From Pelagomonas calceolata (Eukaryota): a stretch of 64,000 nt of DNA. The stretch spans positions 3,472,001 through 3,536,000 of the forward strand of contig CAKKNE010000006.1 of NCBI GenBank assembly GCA_918797485.1. Reading direction: 5' to 3'. Shown one piece after another: positions 8,695 through 20,800 of the stretch. A model generated the notes under the pieces. That model was not told the DNA's origin. It ran no database searches and was given only the letters and a program-made list of their open reading frames with translations. The position numbers and the translations under genes were made by a program. Each line of letters starts with the position of its first letter. Within the stretch, counting starts at the first letter, position 1.

Positions 8695-11600
8695 CTAGCC
8701 GCGCCGCTTCGACAGCCGCCACGACCCTTCCGGGTTGAACCGATCATACAACGGCTCGATCTTCTGCCTTCTCTTGGCGGTAGACAGCTGCCCGGCGTCG
8801 GCCCGCTTGAAGAAGCGCGGCGCCAGCTCGACGAGCCACTTCGGTTCAATCGCCATCACGTTCCGCATGTACTCCTTCGACGTTAAAACGAGTTCGTGGT
8901 ACACGAGCCACTCCGGATTTTTATTAAATAGTGCCGAAGAGGGATGAATCGACACCGGCGAGCCCTCGACCATGGTCCGGTAGCCCTCCTGCGGGTCCTT
9001 CTTGGCCGCATTGGTAAAATACCCAGCTACTATTGCTCTCCTCACCAAATCCCAGTCCCGGCCCGCACTCAACACGTCCATCTTGTACCTGTCTAAAATC
9101 GTGACGAGCTGCTTGCGCACGTCTTGGGCCCTCCTCATAGCTCTAGCTTGCAAATAATTCTCGTAGCACCACGGGTTGCTGAACTTGGCATTTTTCCAGG
9201 CCTCGTAGACCGCGAGTAACATCAAATGGTCGCCCTCGGACTGGAAGAACTTGGCCTTCTTCGCGTCGGCCTGCGCCTGCTTCTCCTTCGGCCGGTAGAA
9301 GGGCTGTTCTACTGAAAGCATGGCTACGACCGTCAGGATCTCCTCCGCGCATCGCAGGTCCGCGGCCGTGATGAGCATTTTTGACAATTGCGGCTCCAAG
9401 GGAAATTCGGCCATCTTCCGCCCGAACCGCGTGAGCAGCCCCTCGTCGTCTAGAGCGCCGAGAGCGTATAACGACTGCATGGCACCGACGAGCGTCGCGA
9501 CCGGTGGGGGATCCATGAAGTCGAACTTCAACAAGTCGTGGATGCCCATGGCCTTGAGCTGTAAGACCACATTTCCTAAATTGGTCCGTTGGATTTCTGG
9601 TATCGAGGTCGGGAGCATTTCGGTACGTAGAGCCGCTTCGGTATATAACCGATAGCATTTCCCAGGCCCCGTCCTGCCAGCCCTGCCAGACCTCTGCTTG
9701 GCCGAGGCTTGGGAGATGGGCGTGACGACCAGAGAATCCATGCCTAGTTTGGGGTTATAAGCTTTTTGTTTGCAAAAACCGGGATCCACGACGTAGTAGA
9801 TGCCATCTATGGTCAGCGAGGCCTCGGCGATGTTCGTCGCGACGACGCATTTTCTGGCGCCTGTTGGTGCGGGTTCAAAAATACGACTTTGCATCTCGGC
9901 TGGCAAAGCGCCATACACAGGTAAGATGATCAATTCCGGCGCGAGGTCGCCTAGTTGTTGCATTCTTGAGTACAACACCTCACAACAAGTATCAATTTCT
10001 TCCTGGCCCGTCAAGAATACAAGGATATCCCCAGCAGGTTCGGATAAGTGGATCTGCATCACGGTTATGAGAGCAGCATCCAAGTAGTCCTGCTCCGGCT
10101 CCTTCGTGTACAAAACCTCCACAGGAAATAATCGACCGGGGATCGTAAAAATCGGGCATTCGAAAAAATACGTCGAGAACTTTTCGGCGTCGAGCGTTGC
10201 ACTCGTGACGACTAATTTCAAGTCTGGTCTCTTTCGTACTAGATCCTTGAGTAAGCCGAAGAGCACGTCCGTGTGGATCGTCCGCTCGTGGGCCTCGTCT
10301 AGAATCAAGGCGGAGTAGCGGCCGAGGTCGCCGTCCTGCGCGGGGTGAGGCGTGATGTGTGCGGCGCCGCGGCGATGGCGTGCGGGCGGCGCTCCCGACG
10401 CCATCGACGCGGGGCGTGCCGACGACGCTCGCGAACGCCGTCGACGCGAAGAGTTCCACACTGACATGCACCGCCAAGTATTCTCTCATTAACATGCCGT
10501 CCGTCATGTACTTAATCACTGTGGAGGGTCCCGTGCAATCTTCGAACCGAATCGTGTACCCGACTTCTTGGCCGAGATCGCAACCGAACTCCTCGGCGAC
10601 TCGTTTGGCCACGGACATCGCCGCGACGCGTCGAGGCTGCGTGCAGCCGATCATACCTCTGGACGTCAGGCCCATCTCGGCCATGTACTGCGTCATCTGC
10701 GTCGTCTTGCCACTACCGGTCTCGCCGATCACCACTAAACATTGGTGGTCCCGGATCGCGTCCATCAACTCATTGCGTAGTTGCGCGATCGGCAGGCCCG
10801 CTCGTTGTTCTCTTATCGTTTTGGTGGAAACATGTCCGAACGACAACGCGGCCTTCTTCTGCTGCTGCTTCCAGGCGGACTCGACCTGGCTACCTGCCAA
10901 ATTCACGGAGCGCAGCTCCTGGGCGAAGTGCCGCTCGCCGGCCTCGGGCATCGGGTCCTCCCACGGCCGATTCAAATCTTTTGGAATGCCGTCGATGAGC
11001 GCGTTCGCTTGCGCCGTCTTCAGCTCGCGCCGCTCCTTCGCGAGCTGGCCCTGGGTCAGGGCGGCCCTCTGCAACGAGCCGTCGGGATTGGCGACGATTT
11101 TTATGGGCGAGGCTTCTCGTGCTATCGTCGACTGCCCTCGCAGAAAGGCCGGTTCGTGCGTATTCAATTCGATCTCGATGTCCTCCTCGACCTCCTCGCG
11201 GCCGCCCGCCGCGAGAGCGCCGCCCCGCTCGGCATCATATGTAGGTAATAGTTCCGGCGGCAAGACGCCAGAGGCAGCTAGTTGCCTCGCTTCGAACAAT
11301 TCCGGAGAGGTCAGTCGTTTCGGCGCTCGTCCGCCCGACTCTCTTTGTATGTCGTCTAGCCGCACGCCGGGGTTGATCATCGGGTTACTGCGCGTCTTCC
11401 GTTCCGTTTGGTCGTCGAGGAGCTCTCGTCGTCTCGGTTGCAAGTCTCTGCCCGATCGCTGGTCGCACTCCTTCATGGACAGCGACACGCGCTGCCCCGC
11501 TCGACCCACAACCTTCACGAAGACGCGCTGTCTCCTTTGTACATGTTGACTCGGATCCCTGATGCGTTCTCGACTTATCATGGAGACGTGGACCAAGCCT

Positions 11601-11992
11601 TCGGTTCTTGGAGACACGTCCTCCAATTCCACGAAACACCCGAAATCAGTAACTTTCGTCACGGAACCCGCATAGACCTCGTACAGCTCCGCGGGGCCGC
11701 CCGACGGCCGCGGGCGCTTCCGCTGCTGCTCTGGTTCCTTCGGCCTTGGTGGAGGCGGCGCCGCGGGCAGTGGTGTGGAAGCGTCCTCGACCAAGGCAAA
11801 AATCTGCCTTGATAAATCGTCGGAAAAGTCTGCCCCGTTCTTTGCGAGTGATTCCGTGAAGGCGACGGGCGTGCCCGCCTCTTGGGCCAAGTGGATGACG
11901 AACTCGGCTAATGTGCGGTCGCCGATGCCGACTTCCTCCTCGAGTCTTGACACGACTTTGTTGACGAGCTCTAAGCGGGCGAGCTCGTCCAT
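8695..11992 (-). CDS. PRP22: Pre-mRNA splicing DEAH-box helicase PRP22/DHX8 (2 exons: 11992-10472, 10335-8695)
   Basis: S1 domain, [23 protein letters not shown] and the C-terminal KIEPLYDRF...WRLS motif. Splicing out 10336-10471 joins MREYLA to DGDLGRYS in frame. Confidence 0.95.
10336..10471 (-). other. Spliceosomal intron (136 bp, GT-AG), introner-like
   Basis: GTGCAT donor and CGCAG acceptor; removal restores the frame. Contains CGCCATCGACGCG and an inverted near-copy. Confidence 0.9.
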
Positions 11993-12251
11993 GGTTTTTT
12001 GTTATGTCTGAGTTTCGTGTTCTGGCGCAGCGATGCGCACCGGCGTCGGCAGCGTAGGCGGGAGCCGTGCGCCGCGCGCGCGCGCTGTTTTTGCGCAGCA
12101 GGGCCTGTAAGTGAATCTGTGGAGCCGCGGCGCCGGGCGAGACGCAGCGAGGCGCGGCAGATAGGTGTGCCTTGCGGAGCTCTGCGTCCAGGGCGTTCCA
12201 GCCGATTAATTATGGGCTTTTACAAGCTGTTTGACGATGGGCCGCCTCTCG

Positions 12252-12272
12252 CTAGTGTCTTTGTGCCGCTAG
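12252..12272. promoter_or_regulatory. CTAG-bounded intergenic motif copy
   Basis: ctagtgtctttgtgccgctag, between divergent genes. Confidence 0.55.
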
Positions 12273-12367
12273 TAAAGACCTCGTCAGGCAAATCAGCGGC
12301 CAAAGCACGCCATACGCTCGAAATATTGCATAACGTGCGAGCCGTACTCGTCCCACGCATACCTGCG

Positions 12368-12931
12368 ATGATGCCGAGGCATAGCCTGCGATTGCTTGCC
12401 TTGCTGGGCCTCAGCCAGGCCCTGCTTGCCCCGAGCCGCAGCGCTGTCAAAGCGCGAAGCGACGTCGTCGTGGCCTCGACGCCGGCGGAGGTCGCCATCG
12501 CGGCGCAGACGCAGCTCTTGTCGTTAGCGGCGGTGACGACGGGCGAGGGCCTCTGGTCGACGGTCTCGTTCGGCTTCAGCGTGGGACGGGCGATCCAGTG
12601 CCTGGCGCCGCCTTTATTAGCCTCGGTGGTCTTAGTAGGCGCGTCGGGCTCCGTCGGCTCGGGCGTCGCCGGCGAGATGGCGCCGGGATTATTAGCCTCG
12701 TCAGTCGCCACGCTCGGCCTCGTCGCGTCCTACGCTTCAAGACTGTCAGAGAAGCAGACGGGCGACGAGGGCGACGACCCGCCGAAGGAGGTTATAGGCC
12801 TGTTCGCTGTATTGGCATTCTTCGGCTTCGCGACGGCGACGCAAAGTCTCTTCGCGGCGGGCATCGTGGGCGTGCCGCAGCTGCCCGACTTCTTCGGGAG
12901 CGGGGAGCTGCCGGACGACCTCGGTCTGTAG
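12368..12931 (+). CDS. Putative plastid-targeted membrane protein
   Basis: Signal-peptide-like LRLLALLGLSQA-LL followed by a Ser/Arg-rich transit-like region and ~4 hydrophobic helices. Confidence 0.7.
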   Translation: MMPRHSLRLLALLGLSQALLAPSRSAVKARSDVVVASTPAEVAIAAQTQLLSLAAVTTGEGLWSTVSFGFSVGRAIQCLAPPLLASVVLVGASGSVGSGVAGEMAPGLLASSVATLGLVASYASRLSEKQTGDEGDDPPKEVIGLFAVLAFFGFATATQSLFAAGIVGVPQLPDFFGSGELPDDLGL

Positions 12932-13176
12932 GCTTAACTTGGACTACTGCTAGGTGCGCGTTCCCCCTTCGTCGCGGGGCGCCCCAATCCGTTGAGCTAT
13001 CTGCATCGTCTGTGTTTGCGGTCGCGAGCGCGGCCGTTGAGAGCGGGCTTCGTATGAGTTCCGGTGCGCCGCCGGGCCCAGACCTCCTGCGCGCGATTCC
13101 TGGCGTGCTTTGAAGGGGGGCTAGGGAGGGGCTACAAGCTCGTAGGGTAAGAGCTTGGAGGGGGGGGTCCGCCGTT

Positions 13177-14352
13177 TTGATAGTTTGCATCAGTGTGTAT
13201 TTGCCTTCGCGCCTCGACACCGCAACCATTATCCCCCTCTGGGCTGCCCTCGGGGCACGGCCCGAACTCCCTGACCTCTCGCCGAGGTCGGAAGCGCGGC
13301 GGGCCGCCGGAACCGACGAGCCGGTTGAGCACCGGGCTGCCACCGGAGTCACTGCCGCGAGCGCACACCCGGAACCGTCGACTCGTCACCGGGCTGCCAC
13401 CGAGGTCACCCAGACGGTCACCCGGACGGCCGTAGAGCCGAGAGCGGAACCGTCGACCCTTTGGTCGCAGACGCGCGGCGGGCCGCCAGACCAAGAGCCG
13501 CTTGAGCACGCCGGGCTCGACGCCCTGCTGGCCGAGGTCGAGGCCGAGCAGGAGGCCCAGACGGTCGATCCCCGCGGACGGCCGCAGACGCAACCGCAGA
13601 ACCTCGCGGACGCGGCGCGGCCGGAGGTCACCCAGACCGCGCTCGCCGCACACAACAAGACGGAGGTCCTCTGCAACCACTGCGGGGGGCGGCTCACGCA
13701 CGGCGAGGCCAAGTGCCCCCACTGCGGCGGCCAGGCCACGCACGCGCTCCACTCGCCGCCCCCCAAGATGCAACACAGCATGGAGATGACGCCGCCCCGG
13801 AAACAACAAATGAAGCGCCCGCCGATGACGCCTAGGGTCAAACACACGACGGCGTTCGGGGCCGTATTGCACGTCCTGAAAGGCCAGCCGAAACCTCAGG
13901 GATGCTGCGGCAGCGAGCACCACGTCATGACGCTCTTCGAGGGCGGCATCCAGGCGCAGTCGACGGACACGCACTGCTGCGGCTGCTGCGAGCACGTCTA
14001 CGTCAAAGTGATCCCGAAGCACACGATCATCGGCGTCGACGTCAATTCCAAGAGGTACTGCTGCTCGAACTGCTGCAAGACCTCCAAGGTCCACTTTAAA
14101 GTGAAAAGGGACCCGTCGATGCAGGCGACGAAGGGCTGGTGGCACAAGGACGAGACTTCCGTCTATCTGAAGATCCGGGGCATCGCGAACACGCATTTAC
14201 TCTTCGACTACGTCTACGGCATCCTGGCCAAGTCCGGCGTCGGCGACCGGGCCCACAACCTCGCGCACATGATGGCGTCGGGGCTCTGCGACAAGGCCGA
14301 GGTCAATTTAGATCTGGGCTTCGGTGTGGATGGCGGGGGGATCGGCGCTTGA
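13177..14352 (+). CDS. Hypothetical protein with a CxxC-CxxC zinc ribbon and Cys-rich C-terminal domain; 5' end uncertain
   Basis: Motifs CNHCGG..KCPHCGG, CCGCCE and YCCSNCC, with high GC3. A possible short first exon starts at the ATG at 13054. Confidence 0.65.
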   Translation: MIVCISVYLPSRLDTATIIPLWAALGARPELPDLSPRSEARRAAGTDEPVEHRAATGVTAASAHPEPSTRHRAATEVTQTVTRTAVEPRAEPSTLWSQTRGGPPDQEPLEHAGLDALLAEVEAEQEAQTVDPRGRPQTQPQNLADAARPEVTQTALAAHNKTEVLCNHCGGRLTHGEAKCPHCGGQATHALHSPPPKMQHSMEMTPPRKQQMKRPPMTPRVKHTTAFGAVLHVLKGQPKPQGCCGSEHHVMTLFEGGIQAQSTDTHCCGCCEHVYVKVIPKHTIIGVDVNSKRYCCSNCCKTSKVHFKVKRDPSMQATKGWWHKDETSVYLKIRGIANTHLLFDYVYGILAKSGVGDRAHNLAHMMASGLCDKAEVNLDLGFGVDGGGIGA

Positions 14353-14360
14353 GTAAATAC

Positions 14361-14966
14361 TTACGCCTGACGCTCACGTTTTCGTCGTCGCGCAGCCTTC
14401 TTTCGTTCCATCCGCGCGTGCTTGTCGCCAGCGACCTGGCAGCGCAGCGCCGACGGCGAGAGGGGCTGGGCTGTTGCGACGGCGTCGAGAGCCGTCTCAC
14501 TTTGTAGAATATCGTCGCTCTGGCGCGCGAGTCGCGCCGCCAAGCCGCTTTTGGGGGATTGGTGCGGCGCGGGCGGCGGCGCGGGCGGCGCCGCCGGCGC
14601 CGACGCCCCGCCGGTCATGCGCCGCGCCAGCGACACGCCCGCCACGGATCGGCACGCCGGCGCAGCTCTATGCTTGCCCCGCGCCTTCTCGCGCTGCTCG
14701 CGCTTCCGTCGCGCCGAGGGCAGGCGCTGCGTCGACGCGGTGTCGTAGGATCTCCCTGTGGACGGCGCCGGCTCGGGCAGCGCCCTCAATTCCAAGTGCG
14801 GCACGCGGACCACCTCGTCGTCGGACTGGGGCTCCCTCGGCTTCGGGGCGTCCGCGCCCCAGGCGTCGTCGTAGGTTGTGTTCAGGGTGACACCGGCCTC
14901 GAGGTCCTCGATCGATGCGGGGGCGACGCGCGCGACGCTGCCCTCGTGGAAGGGATTAATAGGCAT
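14361..14966 (-). CDS. Hypothetical low-complexity protein
   Basis: ATG at 14966 (MPINPFHEG), GC-rich coding-like composition. Confidence 0.5.
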   Translation of the reverse strand: MPINPFHEGSVARVAPASIEDLEAGVTLNTTYDDAWGADAPKPREPQSDDEVVRVPHLELRALPEPAPSTGRSYDTASTQRLPSARRKREQREKARGKHRAAPACRSVAGVSLARRMTGGASAPAAPPAPPPAPHQSPKSGLAARLARQSDDILQSETALDAVATAQPLSPSALRCQVAGDKHARMERKKAARRRKRERQA

Positions 14967-15140
14967 GCTGTGGGAGCTGATCGCGGCGCGTTGGGCGCCC
15001 TGTAGACCGTCTGGGGCAGCACCTTCGCGCAGCAGCACGTTGGTTGGTCGGCGGTGGACCGGCCCTTGTTCGTCTCCACAGGCGTCTTTGGAGGCCGTAT
15101 ATGGATGCCCTTGGAGATCTCTACTCGTACGGCTCACTTG

Positions 15141-15164
15141 CTAAGTGTCTTTACAGGTCGCTAG
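15141..15164. promoter_or_regulatory. CTAG-bounded intergenic motif copy
   Basis: ctaagtgtctttacaggtcgctag, between divergent genes. Confidence 0.55.
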
Positions 15165-15418
15165 CCCAAGTCGTCTCGCGGCCTTTGTGCCTAATATACG
15201 CGCATTGCTACTCGCCTGTTGCTGAAAAGTGACGACATGTCGCCCTCATTGCTGCTACAGCCCAGAGCTGCAACGCCAGCGCGTGTACGTGCGCGCCCGA
15301 GGCGATAGAGTAAGGCACAAGAGATACCGCACGGACGCGAGCTCGCGCGCGAGGCCATCAATCCGCGCAAGCGGACCCAGAGGCAATAAGCGCCGCACCT
15401 CGACCGTCGAGAAGCAGG

Positions 15419-17830
15419 ATGGGAAAAAAGGCGCGCGGCCGCAAGGGCGGCATCGTGGCCGCCGAAAACGCACACAATCAACGGGTGCGCGCCTCGCGCG
15501 CTGCGACGGCGGCAGCCATGTTCTCGAATACCGACCGAAGCGCGGAGCGTTATCCGGGCTTCACGGCCTTCTCGAGTAGGGTCACCAGTCTCCTCGGGGA
15601 TGTGGTGGCCGGTCGTGACACTGACGCTACGTTCGAGCAGCAGGACGAAGTGCTCCGCCTCGGCCCCGGCGAGAAGAACTTCGCGGGCGCGGACCGGATG
15701 TGCACGCCCTGCCGGCGGTGCTCGGAGGCGTACAACGGCAGAGGCATCGTCTGCGACGTCTGCGGCGTCACGTGGTGGTGCAGCGCGCATTGCCGCGCGC
15801 TGGATGGCGACGGGCACAAGGCGACGTGCCACCACGTGAAGCTGCTCGGCGTCCAGATCAAGCGTGACGGCATGCGCGCGTTGCCCTTCGTCCAGGAGTC
15901 TGGCGACATTGGATGCTTGTTCGACCACCCGCGCGCGTCCGTCGAGACGGGCGGCGTCGCCTACGCCGCCGCGAACGGCGACGTCGCGGCCATCGACCGC
16001 CTGCTCGCTCAACACGGCGCGGCCGCGGCCGGGGCGACGACCGACGAGTCCCCGGTGCCGCCGATCGTCTGCGCGGCGCTCCAGGGGCACGCCAAGGCCG
16101 TGACGCGGCTGCTTAGGGCGGGCGCCGATCCCAACGCGGTGAGCCACCTCGGATGCACGGCCGTGTTCGGCGCCGCGCAGAACGGCCACGTCGCTGTCAT
16201 CGAGGCGCTGGCTGGCTCGGGCGCGGACTTCGACAAGCCGGACGCCGGGGCCATCACGCCGCTGGGCATAGCGATAGAACACGCGCATCCCGCGGTCGTG
16301 GACGCTCTACTCGCCGGAGGAGCGGACCCCGACCTCCGCTCGGGCCGGAACGCCTGTCCGCCGCTCGCGCTCGCGGCGACCCAGGCGGCAGAGAAAACGC
16401 TCCAGACGACGCGTCCGGGTTCGATGATTCGCGCGGGGACCCCCGTGCTGGACAAGAGCATCGGCATCGACGCGTCCGGCCTCGACGTGAGCGAGTCGGA
16501 CGAACCGCGCGTGCGCACCCTGGGGGCACCGCAGAATAGCAACGCGGTCACCTTCTTGATCGACATGCCCCTCGTCGACTACGTCTCGAAGCAGGCCGAG
16601 ATCACGGCGCGCCTCCTCGCCGCGCCGGGCCTCCGCGCCGTCGACGGCATACCGTTATTCGTCCCGCTCGTGGACTTTGCTACCGCGGCCGCGATGAACT
16701 GCGTCGCCGCCGCGCCGGCGCTCGCGGCCACGCGCGCCCTCATCGCGGCCGGCGCCGACCCGAACGCCGCGAGACGCGACGACAGGACCAGGGAGGACGA
16801 CAAGCTGACGATCATCCAGGGCGGCTCCGGCGACAAGGGCGTTCGGGGCCTGCTGCAGTCCAAATTCGGCGGCTTCCTCGCGCCGAGCGACGTCGAGCGC
16901 CTGGACCGGAGCGATGACATGAGCGCGTGCCTCACGCCACTGCTCGCGCTCTGCCACTTCCGGCGCCGCGTCGAAGCGCCGCGGCTCGAGCACTACCGCG
17001 CGCTGCTGGACGCGGGCGCCGACCCGGACCGCGGCGTCGGCTCTGTCCGCCTCTCGCCTCTCCTGGGTGCCGTGGTCCGCGACGACGCGGCCGTGGCTTC
17101 GGCGCTCCTCGCAGCCGGCGCCGACGCAAGCGGCACGCACGACCTCGTGCTCTTTCGGTGCGACCGCTTCGTCTACTTTGACCCGGAAGACGGCACGACA
17201 GGCGGCGGTCTGGCGCTCGCGTTGGACCAGGCGCGCGCGCGGCGGACGCTCTCGACGCTCGAGTTCGCGGAGGTCCACCGGCCGCGCTCGGAAGTGACGC
17301 GGCTCCTCCGCGCGGCGGCGGGCGGCGGCGGCGGTTACGATCGCGGCGAACTCGCGGCCATGGGCGTGAAGGCGCTCAAGGCGGAGCTCGCCGCGCGCGG
17401 CTTGAGCGCCGACGGCTGCTTCGAGAAGAAGGACCTCGTCGACCGCCTCGCCGCCGCGCCGGCTCCCGCGCCGGCGTCCCTGGCTACGGCGGACGCCGCG
17501 GCGGACTTTCGACTCATGGAGACCAAAGAATTGGCTGAGGGGCTCCCGGGCGCTCGGGCCGCGCGCGCCGTGCGCAAGATTCATCGGGCGCTCCGCGCGG
17601 CCGACGACGTCCTCGACGTCGACGCCTACACCGCGCCGGCGGCCGGGCCGGCGGCGGCGGAGGCGCGGCCCGCCTGCGCCAACTGCGGCAAGACCCGGCG
17701 CTGGGACAAGGTCGACAAGCCGCTCTCCAAGTGCGCGCGGTGCAAGTCCGTCGCCTACTGCGGCGCGGCGTGCCAGAAGGCCCATTGGAAGGCCCACAAG
17801 GCCGCCTGCCGCGCCGCGAGCGCCTCCTAG
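15419..17830 (+). CDS. Ankyrin-repeat protein with MYND zinc finger(s) and a SAP-like helix motif
   Basis: N-terminal degenerate MYND, ankyrin repeats, VKALKAELAARG..GCFEKKDLV, and C-terminal CANC..CARCKSVAYCGAACQKAHWKAHKAAC. Confidence 0.85.
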   Translation: MGKKARGRKGGIVAAENAHNQRVRASRAATAAAMFSNTDRSAERYPGFTAFSSRVTSLLGDVVAGRDTDATFEQQDEVLRLGPGEKNFAGADRMCTPCRRCSEAYNGRGIVCDVCGVTWWCSAHCRALDGDGHKATCHHVKLLGVQIKRDGMRALPFVQESGDIGCLFDHPRASVETGGVAYAAANGDVAAIDRLLAQHGAAAAGATTDESPVPPIVCAALQGHAKAVTRLLRAGADPNAVSHLGCTAVFGAAQNGHVAVIEALAGSGADFDKPDAGAITPLGIAIEHAHPAVVDALLAGGADPDLRSGRNACPPLALAATQAAEKTLQTTRPGSMIRAGTPVLDKSIGIDASGLDVSESDEPRVRTLGAPQNSNAVTFLIDMPLVDYVSKQAEITARLLAAPGLRAVDGIPLFVPLVDFATAAAMNCVAAAPALAATRALIAAGADPNAARRDDRTREDDKLTIIQGGSGDKGVRGLLQSKFGGFLAPSDVERLDRSDDMSACLTPLLALCHFRRRVEAPRLEHYRALLDAGADPDRGVGSVRLSPLLGAVVRDDAAVASALLAAGADASGTHDLVLFRCDRFVYFDPEDGTTGGGLALALDQARARRTLSTLEFAEVHRPRSEVTRLLRAAAGGGGGYDRGELAAMGVKALKAELAARGLSADGCFEKKDLVDRLAAAPAPAPASLATADAAADFRLMETKELAEGLPGARAARAVRKIHRALRAADDVLDVDAYTAPAAGPAAAEARPACANCGKTRRWDKVDKPLSKCARCKSVAYCGAACQKAHWKAHKAACRAASAS

Positions 17831-17871
17831 GTCTACTATAAGACTGTTACACAATACTCACAACAAACACA

Positions 17872-20800
17872 TCACTCGCCGCTCTTGGCCGCCCGCTTGA
17901 CGTAGGCCGTGAACGGCGACGCGTCCTCCTCCTCAGATTCCGACGAGAGCGTCCCGTCAATTAAACCTTTCGGTAACGACGCCGAGAACTTGGCCACGGC
18001 GTCCAAACTTCCAGGAGGCGCCCGCGGCGGCAACGGCACGCGCTCCCTCTCCGGCACCACCGCCTTGTAGGGGTCCTCCTCGGCGAATAACCGCATGCGC
18101 GCCGCGGGATCATCTTCACAATCCATGTACTTGTTATAATATCCAGGGTTCTTGACCTTCGTCCAGGCGCCCTCGATGTTTCGTGCGCGCAGCTTCCTTA
18201 AGTACTCCTCGCGCTTCTGGACACTTTCCTCGTCCTCAGGTAAGTAAGAATGAGCCTGCCAGGGCCCCAAGGGATCCTTCGGGTCGAAGGGCGTTAGTAT
18301 GAGTTCGGCATCGGGTGCCGTGCCCATCAGCGCGAGGTGGTTGTGCAATGCGGGAGGGTCGTCCTCAGTCAGAGGCCTCAGTGCTCTCCCGTCCAAGTGT
18401 GTCACGTGTCGGGGCCGATTGGCAAAAAACGCGTCCTTCTGCCTCCTCGAGAACTGATCTTGTTGCTGACACGTTGCAGCAGCGTCATACAAGGCCGCGT
18501 CGACGCGAGACATCGCTAGTGCACTTGTGAGGACGTCTCTGAAATCTCCTAATGTGGCGTCGGGGTGGTCCTTGAACAGCTTCGAAACGACATCTCGGAG
18601 CGGCACGCGGTCGGCGGCCGCCGTGAGGTAGGATCGCGCTAGGTCTCGCGCCACAGCTCGGACCTGCGATGCTGTAGAAGGTAATTCTCGACTCAATTTC
18701 AACGATCTCTGAGCCTCCAACAACGCATCTAAGGTAGCGAACCAAGCTCTTCGACTTTCGTGGTCCTCGCTTCTTCTAGAACACAGGCGAGTTGCCGCAC
18801 TTACGGAAGCCCGCAAATCAGCCTCAGCTTCATTCAGTTCTACTTTAGAACGAGCCGCGTCCCTCAGCACCTCGAAGCGCCTCCCGAGCCCGCGCAGGAT
18901 CAAATCCAACGCGCCATTACCATCACCCGTCTCCTCGAGCAGTAAGGCAGTCGCGTCGTCGATGCGATGCCGCCGACACAATTCTAGGGTTGCCTCCACG
19001 TCGTACCCGTCATGCGACGCTAAATAAGCGTGCACGCGGTGCGGCGCACTATCACAGAGCAACTCCACATACACAGCTCGTTCCTCGTCGTCGACACTCG
19101 CGTCCGTTCGAATCAGTTCATCTAGCACGACAAATTGCAGCGAAGGCTTCGCCGCCAAGGCTTGGCAGGCACCGGCCACATCATCCGGTAATACATTTGC
19201 GATGACTTGGGCCGTTTGTGACGCGTCTACTTGGGCTAGCGCTGGTAGCGCGTCCCGGATGGCTGCCGCTACGGTAGTATCCAGTCGTCGAGCCTTCTCT
19301 AGGAAGGAAGATATACTGGAAGTGATGAAGGCGAAGGCCCGCTTCTTCACGTCGAGATCCGCATGGGCTAACGAAGCTTTGATCGTTTGTGAAACGGCCT
19401 CGGCCGCTCGTTGTCGATTCTCGAGGCTCTTTTCTGATGCTAACGAATCAAGTAGTCGCGCGGCCTCGTACTCCAGGAGGATGATGGACGCTTCGCTTCG
19501 ACCCTTCGCAGAAGCTTCTTTTTGTAAGGTAGAAACGTTCGCCGGTTGTAGTACTCTTAAACATTTCGGGAGGGATGCCCATGCGTCAAGGTCGTCTTCA
19601 GTAGCATCGACGTCGTCGGTGCGACCCTCCAGCGCGAGGTACCTTAATACTTCTTCACTTAGTGATTGTGTAGGTACTAACACGCCTCGCGCCGCATGAG
19701 CGGCAAGATAGGCTAAGAATAATTTCTTCGTGGAGGCGTCGCAGGCCGCTTGAGGGCCGTCCACAAAGTAAGATGAGGGCGGATCCGTCGAAGGAGGCGT
19801 CACTGATGCTGATTGGACGTTATCATATGGATTTACTACTACGGTAGCATCATACGAAGTACGTTTTAGTAAATGAGCACTGAGTAAATCTAAGGAAGCT
19901 TGCGCATCGACAGTAAAGAGTAGAGATAGATGAGGGTACTCCTGATCACTGCCCGGCCGCTTTTTACGAAGTAAAAACCACAACACAGAGGTAGTCGGCT
20001 CCACAGCCGTACCAGACGGAAACGCCAGTCCCTCGAGACAGTAGCGAGCGTACAATAAAGCCTGCCCACCTCGGTGCCTTACATCAACGCCCTCGTGGCA
20101 GGCGTCTAGCGCAATTTCTAAAGGTGCCACGAAATCACCGAGCCCTTCCACGTAAATCCGATACGTTGCGGAGTGCAACCGATGCGTCTTGAGCAAGCGT
20201 GTAAGCATGTTGAAATCCAGCGCCGTCGGGTCGAGGTGCAGCATGCATCGCTCGACGTTTACGAGTTTCCCGTTCTCTCGGAACCGCTGCACAAAGGCTT
20301 GGAGCACCTCCGGCGCTAACCTTTTCAATTTGTCCGTTAAAATGTAGGGCTCCAGCAAATCTAGATAGACGTCGCTCCTCGACGCCTTCTGGAAGGCGTG
20401 GTAGACGTCGTCGAAGAGGACGTCGAGGACGTCGACCTGCGTTGATTGATACCGTCGCGACACGGCCGCGGCTCCCGCACGAGACCCGTAGACTCTCTCG
20501 CGGCCACGTCGACGGCGTCGCGGTGGCGTGATATCGTGGAGACGCCATCTTCACAAAGTTGTTGAAGTTCAGAAAACGTGAGAAACAGACGCTGAGTCAG
20601 TCACCGCGATGCAGAACTCGACGCACACGCTCGCGAGCATCTTGAAGTGCGACCGCGCCAGGTCCAGCTGCCGCGTCGCCGCGCGCCGCGCCGGCGCGTT
20701 CGCCACGGCCAGCGCGACGTACCTTCTCAGCAAATCGATGGCGTTTGCACTTTCCGAGGCATCGTCCCCAACCGCGTCGACCTGCGAACTCAGCGCCTCG

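Noticed and set aside
10359..17854. Long antisense or alternate-frame ORFs (e.g. 10359-11549, 13132-14196, 16655-17854)
   Set aside because: These are shadow ORFs expected in high-GC coding DNA, overlapping well-supported genes and showing no motifs.
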